From positions 43,958,001 to 44,022,000 of the forward strand of contig OX597816.1 in assembly GCA_951406725.2 (NCBI GenBank): 64,000 nt of DNA. Direction: 5' to 3'. The notes under the pieces are model-generated. The model made no database searches. It saw nothing but the letters and a program-made list of their open reading frames with translations, and was not told the DNA's origin. The stretch's first letter is position 1; every line of letters begins with the position of its first letter. The stretch is from Octopus vulgaris. Its lineage: Eukaryota. Positions 1 through 13,029 of the stretch are shown one piece after another. A program made the translations under genes and the position numbers.

Positions 1-99
1 GGTTTGTACGAACCCCATCTTTTTCGTGGCACAAAATGGTGTGGTGCTATGTCCTGTGTAATATTTTACGGAAGCTGTGCTTTGGTGATTGAATGCAGA

Positions 100-830
100 G
101 GCTGCCGAAACAGCGTCCTTCAACTGTTAGGTATTCTGGTATCGCTCTTGTGAAAACCTCTCATTGTTAATTGAAGATTGAATCAATATTTACAGTTGGT
201 GACAAGACTTTCGGACCGCCCCGTGCAATGAGTGACGCAGACGCATAACCGTGTGCACTGTTGTGTTGTACTCTTCAGATTTTGATTGTTTTCATCTTCT
301 GCTGCTCCTTTCCACAGCCTCGTTAAACCGCCTCTAACCTCACTTTACTGTCGGTTTCACCTCACGGAAGAAACTTATCAGGAATAACGACCTTTAAGTC
401 AAAACTAACGATTAGCATCGCTTCCATATTCTTGCAACTCATTGCAGCAACTACTGTATTCATTTTAATTTCGTAGTCGTGTAACCACGCTTTGTCACAT
501 TTCAAAACACTATTCTGAACGTTTTCATCTGCATTTAAACAATCAAACTTCTGACGCGATTCGAAATCTTTCTAGACGACTAAACCGTCGAGAACTTTAC
601 GAATTTCACGCGTTATATGTACGCACTTCTGCAGTTTTTTTTACGTTATTTACCGCGAAAAGCTTCAAATATGAAAGTGTCTTCAGTTGGTATTTTTTTC
701 TTTAAAGTCGTGGCTTTCATGATTATTCAAAGGAATCAAATACTCAACCTTGCATGTTTCTGATAACTTTACAAACATTTTCGTAAAACTTTTAACAAAT
801 TTTGAGATAGAATATCACTCAAATTCATTA
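100..830 (-). mobile_element. Highly decayed mariner-family transposase remnant
   Basis: Manual minus-strand translation gives LKCDKAWLHDYE (cf. ITGDETWVYGYD), EAMLIVSFDLKVVIPDKFLP*GET (cf. KVMLTVFFD..GVVH.EFLP.GQT) and VQHNSAHG (cf. LHHDNAPAH), in correct order with stops and frameshifts. Boundaries approximate. Confidence 0.6.
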
Positions 831-1064
831 ATCTTGTAAAATAATCATTTTTATTAAGGCAGAAAAATTGCATTTTGCAGATCGATGACTAAAGGGAATG
901 TTACATAGTGACTATTATTAGACGGAAGGGTAAAAGTCAGCCATATTTATGATTACAGTTTGGAGTACGCAGCATCGTCTTGGTCATCCGAATTTAAAGT
1001 TGTTTGGGAGCATAACCTCGTATACACACACGCATACGCACACACACACACACACACACATATA

Positions 1065-1560
1065 TGAAATAGTGTAATTCACTCAGAATTAGTTATATTA
1101 TTATTTGCTATATTATTAGTTATAATATTAATTTTTATTTTGGAAAGAATAGAGTATAAAAGCTTTCACGTTTATATCAATAATTATCTAAAACTGGTAG
1201 GAATATTATCTGCATAGACTTCAAGGGCTAGGTTGTTATTTAATTGGATAATTTAGGAGTGAGTTATAGGTTTACTTATAGAATTTATTGACCGATACTG
1301 TTGTTGTACGTAGAGTAAATGTGTTTCTTTGTTGTAGTTTGATTAATAATGTTAGTGTTTAATCCTTCCTAGAATTAAGATTGAATGAATATGGTGATAT
1401 CTAAGGTATGATTGTTCCCAAACAACACTTGTTTTAGTGCTGTTGACACCGCCGGATTGAATGGTACTGCCCAGATGTCGAAACCATAGTGATATCCGTG
1501 AGGCAGCTGATGAAGGGCTGTTGGTATGGCTGTTATTGCATGTGCGATATAATTTTATAA
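1065..1560. mobile_element. Possible decayed Penelope-like or other AT-rich interspersed repeat fragment
   Basis: AT-rich block between (CA)n and a SINE. It carries a half hammerhead core GCAGCTGATGAAGGG near 1503-1517. Similarity to a Penelope-type C-terminus is weak. Confidence 0.25.
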
Positions 1561-1585
1561 AACATCTATTTGATATCTATATACA

Positions 1586-1985
1586 TCTTTTACTTGTTTC
1601 AGTCATGTGACTGTGGCCATGCTGGAGCACTGCCTTTAGTCGAGCAAATCGACCCCAGGATTTATTATTTGTAAGAATAGTATTTATCTTATCGGTCTCT
1701 TTTGTCGAATCGCTAGTTTACGGGGACGTAAACACACCAGCATCGGTTGTCAAGCGATGTTGGGTGGGGTCAAACACAGATACACAAACATAAACACCCA
1801 CATACATATACATATACATATATACGACGGGTTTCTTTCAGTTTCCGTCTACCAAATCCACTCACTAGGCTTTGGTCGACGCGAGGCTCTAGTAGAAGAC
1901 ATTTGCCCAAGGTGTCACGCAGTGGGACTTAACCCAGAGCCATGTGATTGGTAATCAAGCTACTTATCATACAGCCACTCCTACG

Positions 1986-1987
<2 letters not shown>
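1586..1987 (-). mobile_element. tRNA-derived SINE family A, full length
   Basis: Reverse complement of the 5517-5964 and 9321-9704 copies. Head GGCGTAGGAGTGGCTGT..., internal (TA/CA) microsatellite, tail ...GGTGCTCCAGCATGGCCACAGTCACATGACTGAAACAAGTAAAAGA. Confidence 0.9.
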
Positions 1988-2046
<59 letters not shown>

Positions 2047-2924
2047 CCATGTGCACATATTCGTGTATCTATACTAATAATAGTCGTGCTCTTACTTACC
2101 TAAATATAAGTGTAATGCAAAGGGATGTAACTCTCATAGTAAGAGAGACACTTGATTATTATTGTAGTGGTAGCAGAGGAGACGGTGGGTCCGACGTTTG
2201 CTTTGATTGTGCTGAATGGAGAAAGAGTAAGAGAAAGCTTTTTTCAACAGAATTCTAAGATGTGAGGTTGTATTGTTTCACTGCGACTTGTTTCATCTAC
2301 ATTTCTCTGTCTCTATCTCTCTCTCTCTCTTTCCTTCTCTCTTTTACCATCTCTCTCTCCATCTTTGTTTCTCTCTCTCTCTCTCTCCCTATTATCTCCA
2401 TTGACAGTATCAACGTCATCAGAGCCATCTCGACCATCGTCACCATAACGACCAACGCCTTTCTCTCCACCATCAACACTATGATAATGGCCAACAGTAA
2501 TCCGTGTTCGTATATATTCTTACGTCTGTAGCTGTGATCGCTGCGGTAAAAGCGTTCAGCTACGTGCATGAGTCTGTCTCTCAATCCTTATAACATTTTG
2601 TAAGTGCCAACATTGAAGACAAAGTAAATGTAGAGACACCCACTGATATACTCACATACATGCTTTCTCTCTTTCTCTCTCACTCTCTCTGTCTATCTCT
2701 CTATCACACACACACACGCGCGCGCGCGCTCACATGCGCATACATCTAAAGGGAATCAGTGACAAACGTAAACGCTCACCGCAGCAAATACCCAAATAAA
2801 TGCACACGGAAATATATTCACAGACATCAAAGCATCTGGCAATACTTAGTAATATACAAACGAGGACTAACTCTTGCAGAAGACAGTTGTATATAAAATC
2901 CTATATCACTAGTTTGCTGAATTA

Positions 2925-3132
2925 TGAGGGGGTGCTGAAAAGTTCCTGACGTTAAGAGGATCGTGAAAGGCCTGGCTGGAGGTCTAGCCATCTGAGTTCT
3001 TTTACAGAGCTTAGAAAAACCGAAGGACCGCTGCAATAAATGTGAATATGTTGAATATGTTGAATAAAATCATAATTAACTGCTCCCTCCTTCCGTATTA
3101 CGGATAACGAGGAACTTTTCAGTGGCCACTCG
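2925..3132 (+). mobile_element. Mariner-derived MITE / non-autonomous element
   Basis: Imperfect TIRs share CTGAAAAGTTCCT, with TA on both flanks (2923-24, 3133-34). Internal [18 protein letters not shown] resembles the mariner transposase C-terminus. Second copy at ~12694-12910. Confidence 0.75.
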
Positions 3133-3138
3133 TATGTG

Positions 3139-3216
<78 letters not shown>

Positions 3217-3933
3217 TGTATGTATGTATATGTATGTATGTATATGTATGTATGTATATATATGTATGTATGTATATATGTATATATATATGTATGTATG
3301 TATATATGTATGTATGTATATATATATGTATGTATATATATATGTATATATGTATGTATGTATATATATATGTATATATATATGTATGTATATATGTATG
3401 TATGTATGTATATATATATGTATATATATATGTATGTATATATGTATGTATATATGTATGTATGTATATATATGTTTGTATATATATATATGTATGTATA
3501 TATATATGTATGTATATATATATATGTATGTATATATATATATATATGTATGTATATATATATGTATATATATGTATGTATATATATATATGTATGTATA
3601 TATATATGTATATGTATGTATGTATATATATATATATGTATGTATGTATGTATATATATGTATGTATGTATGTATGTATATATATATGTATGTATGTATA
3701 TATATATATGTATGTATATATATATGTATGTATATATATATGTATGTATGTATATATATATGTATGTATATATATATGTATGTATGTATGTATATATATA
3801 TATATATGTATGTATGTATATATATATATGTATGTATATATATATGTATGTATATATATATGTATGTATGTATATGTATGTATGTATGTATGTATATGTA
3901 TGTATGTATGTATATATATATATATATGTATGT

Positions 3934-4003
<70 letters not shown>

Positions 4004-4056
4004 GTACGTGCATGCATACATACATGCACACGTGCATACACATACACACATATATA
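3133..4056. repeat. Compound (TA)n/(TATG)n microsatellite, ~0.9 kb
   Basis: Directly visible. It explains the YI/MYVC ORFs in all six frames. Confidence 0.98.
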
Positions 4057-4059
4057 AAT

Positions 4060-4470
4060 TCTTTTATTCATTTACCTGTCTCAATTAGATGATTCAGTTG
4101 ACTGAGGCCATGCTGGGGGGACACTGCCTTGAACGGTTTTTGCTAAACAAATCGACCCCTGGACGACTTAATTTTTAAAGCCTGGTACTTATACAATCGA
4201 TGTCTTTGGCCAAACCCCTAATTTACGAGGACATAAACGCACCAACACAGGTTATCAAGCCGTGGTGGGGAGACAAGCACAGACACAAAGACACACACAA
4301 GTACACATATACACGACGGGGTTCTTTTCAGTTTCCGGCTAACAAATCCACTTACTAGGCTTTGGTGAGCTTGAGGCTATAATAGAAGTCTCATGCTCAT
4401 GGTACCATGCAGTGGGACCGAGCGCAGAAAAGTAGTTGGGAAGCCATCGTCTTGCCACATTGCTACGCTT
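4060..4470 (-). mobile_element. SINE family A, diverged copy
   Basis: Same module order as other family A copies (GGCCATGCTGG..., AAATCGACCCC, CAAATCCAC, GCAGTGGGAC). Confidence 0.8.
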
Positions 4471-4826
4471 GAGTTATGTATATATACCAGCTTCACCGTC
4501 ACTGCTATTTCTTACCAGAACCAGCGCATTCAGTATCAAACACTGAAAGCAATGAAAATATTGCTATTACCAACACAGCAACACCTTAATGACCATATAC
4601 AATAGTAACAATGCTTTTAAGAAGATACTGAACGTCTGAAATAAAGAAAAACGATCACAAGAGTGCTCTAGTTTATTTTAAATTTTGAATGATATGCTTT
4701 TGATTTTAGGTCAATGGCAATTGATTTAAAACTAAACAGCAACAACAATACAATGAACCAGAGCAATATAATCCCCAGCACCACGAACAATATTACCACC
4801 GTCCCTGCCACCACTATCACTTATTT

Positions 4827-5131
4827 ATGCGCCCTTTTCAAGCCTAGCCAGGCTCGTGGGCCCGGTTTCCCGGTTTCTGTGGCGTATGTGTTCCCCCCAG
4901 CTGGACTATATATATATATAGTCCATCGCAGCGTTACTCAAGAAACAGGAGGAAAGAGTGAGAGAAAGTTGGGGCGAAAGAGTACAACAGGGGTCGCCAC
5001 CACCCCCTGCCGGAGCCTCGTGGAACTTTAGGTGTCTTCGCTCAATAAACAAAAACGCCCGGTCTAAGAATCGAAACCGCGATTTTCCGACCGCGAGCCC
5101 GCTGCCCTAACCACTGGGTCACTGCGCCCCC
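4827..5131 (-). mobile_element. tRNA-derived SINE, head B plus alternative tail D
   Basis: Head (minus) CCCAGTGGTTAGGGCAGCGG..GGTTTCGATTC has A/B boxes. Body matches 19695-20064 up to GAAACAGGA, then a different tail (GTCCATCGCAGCG...CCTAGCCAGGCTC). Confidence 0.85.
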
Positions 5132-5516
5132 TCAAAATCTTCCTTCTGGAGCCTTCTCCAGCATTACTAACATAAAAACCAATGCGACCGCCAACAGTAA
5201 CCCACTGACTTTTGAGTAATAGTATTTAAAGAAGAATCCACTTGATTGTAATGTGCATAGCTACTTGTGTTTCAGGTCAGCGCAGGGGGAAGAGCGGAGG
5301 AGATTACGAAAGCTTTAGAGCTCTCATCTGAGGTGCAATGTCTCAGGGCTCATCAAGAGGATAGGCGTTCAACAAGCTCTACTTATACAGTACTTCCTCC
5401 TACATCAATATGTCAGCTGTTCATTGTTTTCCTTTCCATTCTTACACCCATATTAATAAAACAACGGTATTGTGTTCTCACAAACCAGTTCTTTCTTCAT
5501 ATCATTACTGTTACAA

Positions 5517-5683
5517 GGCGTAGGAGTGGCTGTGTGGTAAGTAGCTTGTTTACCAACCACATGGTTCCGGGTTCAGTCCTACTGCGTGGCACCTTCGGCA
5601 AGTGTCTTCTACTGTAGCCTCGCGTCGACCAATGCCTTGTGAGTGGATTTGGTAGACGGAAACTGAAAGAAGCCCGTGGTATA

Positions 5684-5745
<62 letters not shown>

Positions 5746-5964
5746 TGTGTGTGTATATGTTTGTGTGTCTGTATTTGTCCCACCAACATCGCCTGGAACC
5801 AATGCTGGTGTGTTTACGTCATAGTTACTTAGCGGTTCGGCAAAAGAGACCGATAGAATAAGTACTAGGCTTACAAAGAATAAGTTCTGGGGTCGATTTG
5901 CTCGACTAAAGGCGGTGCTCCAGTATGGCCACAGTCAAATGATTGAAACAAGTAAAAGAGTAAA
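5517..5964 (+). mobile_element. SINE family A, full length
   Basis: A-box-like TGGCTGTGTGGTAAG, B-box-like GGTTCAGTCC, internal (TA)n, tail ending GAAACAAGTAAAAGAGTAAA. Confidence 0.92.
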
Positions 5965-6029
5965 TATTTTTTTCGGATAAATATTCATCACCAGCGCTAT
6001 TAAGACTCAATTATAATTCAAGGTGTCTC

Positions 6030-6855
6030 GAAGAAGAAGTTATGTGGAACTGAAGGTAGCAGTGCGAAAAAAAAACGTAAGCGGCTCAGAATGGATATTA
6101 ATCTTGATGTCTTAAATTGATGTGATGCAAGAGAGAAATTCAACCACACTGTCAAAATATTAAAGCAAAATCATACAACGTCTACAATGTGAACTATACA
6201 TGACCATAAAGAGAAAGTTAAGCCAAATGATCAAGAAGATACTCTGTCAACTAGAACATTATATTTTGATAGATTTGACATAACTCTTACAATGACGCTG
6301 GTCTTGTAGCATGAATCGGAAAGCTGTACGACCAGACTGTATCTCTGATTGTACAACTTTTCCTCCAGTAAAATTCGTATATGTGATTCGGAATGTTATT
6401 GTGAAACTTGAAATTGACGTGGACCTTTCGAAAGTTCTAGAAAATAATGTCAAAGTAACCTGAGAATCTGGAGGAAAACACAGCAAATGTAAATTGACTG
6501 CGAAGAATATTGTTAAAGGATTGGCACTTATAGAGAAAGGTTTGCAGCATTTAATTCTTATCAAACCAAAACATGAACGTAGCATAAAAATTCTTAAAGG
6601 AGTTTACACTAGATTAAGTTTCTACTCTGGACACTAGTACAAACAATTTTGAAAAAAATTTCAGTTCAATCAGATGTTGTTTGATGAAGATAGTGTTCCT
6701 CATCCTCCCAGTATCATTCATATCATCACTACTCTTCAGGGACAACTCAACTTCTTTTGTGGTAAACACGTACACTGTTATTATACTACGATTCTTATTT
6801 ATGCCCTTACAGGTTTCACGCACTTCAAATTTTTTTATGCATACATATACTGTAT
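6030..6855 (+). mobile_element. Decayed, internally deleted Tigger/pogo DNA transposon
   Basis: SAKKKRKRLRMDINLDVLN at 6061 resembles the psq/CENP-B HTH start. KLTAKNIVKGLALIEKGLQHL..PKHERSIKILKGV at ~6490-6600 resembles the Tigger C-terminus. No DDE core seen. Confidence 0.6.
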
Positions 6856-7620
6856 ATATTTATAAATGTCTTGGGCATATTGCTTTTTATTCACTTATAT
6901 TTCAAGAATTTTCTTCATTGGTCTTCTGTGGTCTCTTGCGCAATTACTTTCACGGTCTATGCACAACCTGGTTGACTGGCGCTATTGCTGACGTTATTGA
7001 AATCGCTAGTCACCATTGTTTTATGTTTGCATTCTCAACAGTGGCATACTACGCTTAGAGAATTTTTTTATTCCCTCCCGGTTCTGCGGAACAACACACT
7101 ACAAAAATACGATCTCAATTTTTTCCTTCAACATTTATAAGCAACTAAACCCTTGCACAAACTATGGCCTAAAAAATCAAAAAAATATAACAGTATTAAT
7201 ATTTTCCCAGTTATCCCTGATTTGAAGTGGCGGAAAACGCTAGGATAGCGGCCTCCTTTTCCTTATTACTTAGTAGTTTGACCTTAGATGTAAGTGTTAA
7301 AAATCTCGTTAGGTGATTGATATCAACTATATTAAAATAGCTACATGAGATTGAAGATATATATATATATAAGTTCATCATACTAAACTCACCGAGTATG
7401 ACCAAATATTTTGTTTACACGTTTTCGAAATGTACATATATATTAAATACATTTATGCACTTCTGTGTATGTTCTCTCTGCACGAGGTGTGGATATTTTA
7501 ATTAAACATTCGTAATATTCAATTTCTTACCAATATAGTAGTTCATTCATCAACTCAATTTCTGTGTGACATGAAATCTGTTTTTATTTTTTTCTCTTTC
7601 TCATCTTGTCTATTTTCCAG

Positions 7621-7714
7621 ATTCTTCTGTAAGAAGAAGTCTTCAGGGAGTCCAAGTCATTTAACTGCCCTGAAACCTGCTGCAAACACCTTTTATTCAG
7701 GAAGACAATTTCAG
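7621..7714 (+). other. Candidate internal exon, 94 bp
   Basis: Long polypyrimidine tract ending TATTTTCCAG| and donor CAG|GTAAAG. One open frame: FFCKKKSSGSPSHLTALKPAANTFYSGRQFQ. No recognisable homology. Confidence 0.45.
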
Positions 7715-7754
7715 GTAAAGAAAGTAATCGTTATTGCATACGTACGTACGTACA

Positions 7755-7812
7755 CATAGATACACACATACATACACACAAACCGCACACACATACACGC
7801 ACACACATTTTG

Positions 7813-7857
<45 letters not shown>

Positions 7858-8170
7858 TACATATGTATATACATATATATATATATATATATATGCATAC
7901 ATATGTATAATTATATATCTGCACATATAAATATATGATATATACACATATATACATGTATATTTACGTGTGTGTGTATATATAAATACATATGTGTGTA
8001 TGTGTGTGTGTGTGTGTAAATAAGTATATATATAGATATATGCATATATATATGTATATATACATAAATATATACGTACATATATACGTACATGTATATA
8101 TATACATACATATATGTGTGTGTATATATATATATATATTGATATATTTATGTATATATGTATGTATGTT

Positions 8171-8207
<37 letters not shown>

Positions 8208-8295
8208 TGTGTATATAATTACAAAGATATATATATACAAGATATATAGTCAATTTCATTATATATGTGCATGTATGCGTATGTGTGTGTAGTCA
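7755..8295. repeat. (TA)/(CA)/(TG) microsatellite cluster
   Basis: Directly visible. Confidence 0.95.
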
Positions 8296-9320
8296 ATTTC
8301 ATTATCTCTTACAATTTCATAAACTTGTGTCCCTCTGTTCGATTACACAATTTTCTTGATTTATATTTGACAAGTATTTTCCAGCCCTTTCTCTAGAGAA
8401 TTTGTGATTATTGACGTTTTTTTTTTTTTTATCTTTCTCGCACTTCTTACCGCTTTCAATTTTATATTGTAGTTCTCTGATTTTTTTTTCATACTTTTTT
8501 CTCATCGCTCCCCATTTTATTATTCTCTTATGCTTGAAGCTTAAATCATGAAATTGAAATTTCCATATGCTAATGGTTGGACAAATACAAATATACATGT
8601 ATTTCTGTTGTTGAGATTCTATTTATTTTTCTTTATCTGTCTTTTTTTTCTATTCTACATAGCAATTTGCTTATTTCCAAAATTGATTCCGAAGTCTTTA
8701 CACTGTCCTAAAAGGTCTTAGCCGAATTAGGTTCACTCATTCCATTTTCGCATATTTCTATCTTTTGAATTCTTTTTCCCTTGCTCTTATTCTTACTCTT
8801 TAGTTTCGTATTTTTTATGTCTTTCTCTCACTCTAATCTCTTCCACTGTATTGCTTCTTCTTGCACCTCTATAATTTAATGCCTTATATATGTATATGCC
8901 TCTTTTAAAATCTCATCTCATTCTCTCTCTAGCTTTCAACATTTGAATCTATTATTTGCCATATATTTTCAAATCTTTTTACTATAATCCTTCTTGTGTT
9001 TTATTCGCAAAACATAAAATCATCCACGTAATCAAACTATTTTAATATTCATCTAGAGATGAAATTTATTGTAAACGAAGAGATTTCGTATTTTGATACA
9101 GGAGAAATTATCGAAACACCTCAAATTTATTGACACTTCTTATATTATATCAACTACAGCACGGAAGTTAATAACTATTGAAACATTTTTATCAAAAACA
9201 CACGAAGTAGACATGATATTTAAAATCTGCAGTGCTTACTACTATAATTGTGACTTTTCTCCCCATCTCTTACAGCTCAGTGTTTTTCTTCTTATAGTTT
9301 TGTATATATACAAAAGTAAG

Positions 9321-9704
9321 GGCGCAGGAGTGGCTGTGTGGTAAGTAGCTTGCTAACCAACCACATGGTTCCGGATTCAGTCCCACTGCGTGGCATCTTG
9401 GGCAAGTGTCTTCTGCTATAGCCCCGGGCCGACCAATGCCTTGTGAGTGGATTTGGTAGACGGAAACTTAAAGAAGCCTGTCGTATATATATATATGTGT
9501 GTGAGTGTGTGTTTGTGTGTCTGTGTGTGTCCGATGCTGGTGTGTGTTTACGTCCCCGTCACTTAGCGGTTCGGCAAAAGAGACCGATAGAATAAGTACT
9601 GGGCTTACAAAGAATAAGTCCCGGGGTCGATTTGCTCGACTAAAGGCGGTGCTCCAGCATGGCCGCAGTCAAATGACTGAAACAAGTAAAAGAGTAAAAG
9701 AGTA
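9321..9704 (+). mobile_element. SINE family A, young-looking copy with small internal deletion
   Basis: GGCGCAGGAGTGGCTGTGTGG head. Tail GGCGGTGCTCCAGCATGGCCGCAGTCAAATGACTGAAACA(AGTAAAAG)2. Confidence 0.92.
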
Positions 9705-9790
9705 TACATACACACATATATTTATATATATGTGTGTGTTTGTGTGTGTGTGTGTTTATGTGTATGTATATATATATATATATATTCGAC

Positions 9791-10112
9791 TGACACTCCA
9801 TCGGATACGACGACGAAGGTTCCAGTTGATCCGAGCAACAGAACAGACTGCTCTTGAAATTAACATGCAAGTGGCTAAGTACTTCATAGACACGTGTACC
9901 ATTAATGTAGTTCTCAAGGAGATTCAGCGTGACATAGTGTGACAAGGCTGGCCCTTTTGAAATACAGGAGTACAACTTGTTTTCGCCAGCTGAGTGAACA
10001 GGAGCAACGTGAAATAAACTATCTTGTTCAGGGACACAACGCGCCGCTGGGAACTGAACTTACGAATTGACGATAGTGAGCCGAATACCCTATCCACTAA
10101 ATCACGCGACTT
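9791..10112 (-). mobile_element. SINE, head C plus tail B
   Basis: Tail region matches 19700-19880. Head region (GCCAGCTGAGTG..GGAGCAACGTGAAATAAA..GGACACAACGCG) matches 40260-40398. Confidence 0.85.
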
Positions 10113-10116
10113 CACG

Positions 10117-10169
<53 letters not shown>

Positions 10170-10189
10170 ATATATTTGTCTTATATATA

Positions 10190-10286
10190 AGCGTGGCTGT
10201 GTGGTAAGAAGCTTCCTTCCCAACCACATGGTTTTGGTTTCAGTCCCACTGAGTGGCACCTTGGGCAGGTGTCTTCTACTATGGCC
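10190..10286 (+). mobile_element. SINE family A, head-only fragment
   Basis: GTGGCTGTGTGGTAAGAAGCTT...GGCACCTTGGGCAGGTGTCTTCTACTATGGCC. Confidence 0.8.
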
Positions 10287-12147
10287 TAATAAGAAAACAT
10301 CGAATATAAGCATTCTCGAATGGCTCTTTGAACGCGATTTAAGCCTTTGGCCGTTTCCAATTGTCCACTGAATTCAAGGGGAGTTGAGACTTGTTCTTGG
10401 ATGCCACATCTAGATTATATCTTCGTATGTATGATAAATTAACGCTCTCTATTAGCCCTTGTACACATTAATCAATTAATGACCTAAAATTTGTTGACAA
10501 ACTACATTGCATGCATGTTCGACCGCATAGTCTCAGTTCATTAATCTGAATTTAAATTTGTTACCTTTATTCTGGAACTTATTTGCTGTATGCCGAAAAT
10601 TATGAAAGATTAAAACGAAATGTGCAAAGATTAATAACTATGTTATGCAGATATAATGAAATGTAATGTCTCTTAAGATTTTGTTTAGGTGTTGTTTATC
10701 AGTGATTCATGGCATTTAGTGGATCGCAAATACATCTTTTACAATTGGCCTGCATACAAGTTTATCGCAGGTGATATTCCGTGATTATTATGTTTAACAT
10801 CTACTTCTGAAAGTCGTGCAAAATTTAAAGAGACCGAAATGATATTAATCTAAATATATATGAGTGTCAGATTTATGAAAATGAAAATTGCATCAAATAA
10901 CCAATTTCAAATCATAACTTGGGTTTAAACAGCCACGGAAAATATGGGTTTCTAACACTTAAAATGCAGCTTCCTTAATGGAAGTTTCAGTTGGTCAAAT
11001 TAGCAGGGAGCGTTAAAATCGTAATGTAACGTTTCAAATATGGTTTCTGCCATTTTCAAAATTAAAATTGGTGAAAGAGCTAAAAAAAAAACCAATAGTC
11101 TCTCTTTTATTAGTAATGTGATGGAGAAGAATTAAATATATTTGACAAGTTTAAGCTGCCATTAAACTATAAAACCATTATTAACGGAAAATTCAATTGC
11201 CTTTATATTTTTCTCGCTAAGAAATATAAAACAGTATTTAGTTAATCTGTTGAATCAAGGGAATATATTTCTCCCCGCCCCTTTTATTTTGTTAAAAGCT
11301 ATTAGCAGATGTAGTAGCAATGAAGCACTCAAGCTACAAATACATCAATTACTTCTTTAAATGATAAAAATAAAACCCTCTTGTCATTTTCCCGTTTTTT
11401 TTTTTTTAGGATCGAATACTAAAAACCACTTGTAAACAAAAAAGGTTAGCTGACTTTCCGCAAATTTTAGTCGATTTTTATTTCAATTTAAAATCGCTTA
11501 TGGTTATTAAAGTTATCATATATAATAGCCTCAGCCTTAGTTTCTTTGAAGGTTATGAATTAGAAGCTTCACTTTGGAGAAGAGTTATAGCTTTCTTGAA
11601 ATCTTGGAACTCACATTCATGTTTAAGCATTATATAGGCTCTCTTCTGCTCGCACGAGAGTGGCAATTTGTCAAAAAATTTAAGATTCGCGATTAGACGT
11701 AATAACAGATTTTAAGTGTGTACTATACATAAAAAAAATCTTAGCTAAAATAGATTTGGTCAAGCTTCTAAATACCACGGAATTCATTTCAAAACAAAAC
11801 TGTTATTTTTAGTCCCTAAAAAATGTTATGCAATGAGGATTTTTTTTGCTAGCTCATTGTACTACATTTAATTCAGATAATCTGTATAACTGGTAACGGT
11901 TTTATAATGAGAAATATGTCAAAGAAATACAGAACTTCGAGTGTTAAAACGTTGTAACTAATACACGTATTTTGAGACTAAATATCTCAAAGTAGTTGTA
12001 TTTAGCATTCTAAAGTATATAAGAAAACGTAAAACAAAAAAAGAAAAAAAATGAATTCCACAACTGAAAATCTACATGAATAAGATTTCAAAATATATTC
12101 TAAGAGCTCCGTACTTGACAGATGTACATAAAATTAAAAGAACAAGG

Positions 12148-12148
<1 letters not shown>

Positions 12149-12228
<80 letters not shown>
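12149..12228. repeat. (AAT)n microsatellite
   Basis: Directly visible. Confidence 0.98.
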
Positions 12229-12230
<2 letters not shown>

Positions 12231-12693
12231 GACAAAGTGAGATGATGAAAGTCGTGGCAACTAAGTAGAATAGCGTTATTGCAATAAAGACGTGTTGTCT
12301 GTCGTTCTTTAGTTTATGTCATTTCATATCTATGATCACAAGAGTTCCAGGCACGAATGTATTATTCATTTCTTTCGTATCATGAATATACTACTGGATA
12401 AATTCAATGTGTCCCTCCGTTTTCAAAGCGCTAGAAGGTAATTTGAGGAACAGTGGCTGCTGTTTCAAAATACTAATAAGCACACAAGTGCTCTTTATAT
12501 GGTTTCTCATCGCTTCTATAAATATGACAATAGATAAGAACAGATGCAGTCAAAATCACGTGATGGTATATTTTCCAAAATTTGAATTCAAGAATCTGAT
12601 ACAATGTAAATTGCATTGTTATTTTTTTAAAATTCAAATTAGATTATATTTATTGAAATTATTTAACAAAATTGAAAATTGTTATTGTTATAA

Positions 12694-12910
12694 ACGAAGG
12701 AGCGCTGAACGCATCTGGCTTTGGATAAAAGAAAATACAGGAGGATCAATTAATTATGATTTTATTCAACATATTCCCCTCCTAGATTCGCACACTTATT
12801 GCAGTGGTTCTTCAGTTTTTTTAAGTTCTGTAAAAGAACTCAAAAGTTGGAGTCTCCAAGTAAGCCTTTCGCGATACCTTAAAAGCCAGGAATGTTTCAA
12901 CAATCACGCA
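12694..12910 (-). mobile_element. Mariner-derived MITE, second copy, inverted relative to 2925-3132
   Basis: Shares AATTATGATTTTATTCAACATATTC..TTATTGCAG..TCTGTAAAAGAACTC with the first copy. The ORF track shows the matching [22 protein letters not shown] peptides. Confidence 0.75.
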
Positions 12911-13029
12911 TATTTCATTCCTCTGAGGGTCAGTAAGAGAAGTACAAGTCAAGTACTGGTGTCAATCTTCACTCTTCACGAGTCACTCTTCACAAATTTT
13001 CAATCATATGACACTAATATTCGAAATAA

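Noticed and set aside
1500-1565. CTGATGAAGGG hammerhead half-core
   Set aside because: No downstream stem II closure plus GAAA and NUH, so it is decayed or coincidental.
2952-4092. 300+ aa YI/HT/MYVC ORFs here, and similar ones at 23, 24.6, 34.5, 43, 46, 54, 57 and 62 kb
   Set aside because: Translations of TA/TATG/CA microsatellites, which are stop-free in all frames.
8300-9300. Strand-biased A-rich (minus) block with a Lys-rich ORF
   Set aside because: Possibly an ancient LINE, but I could not read any diagnostic motif.
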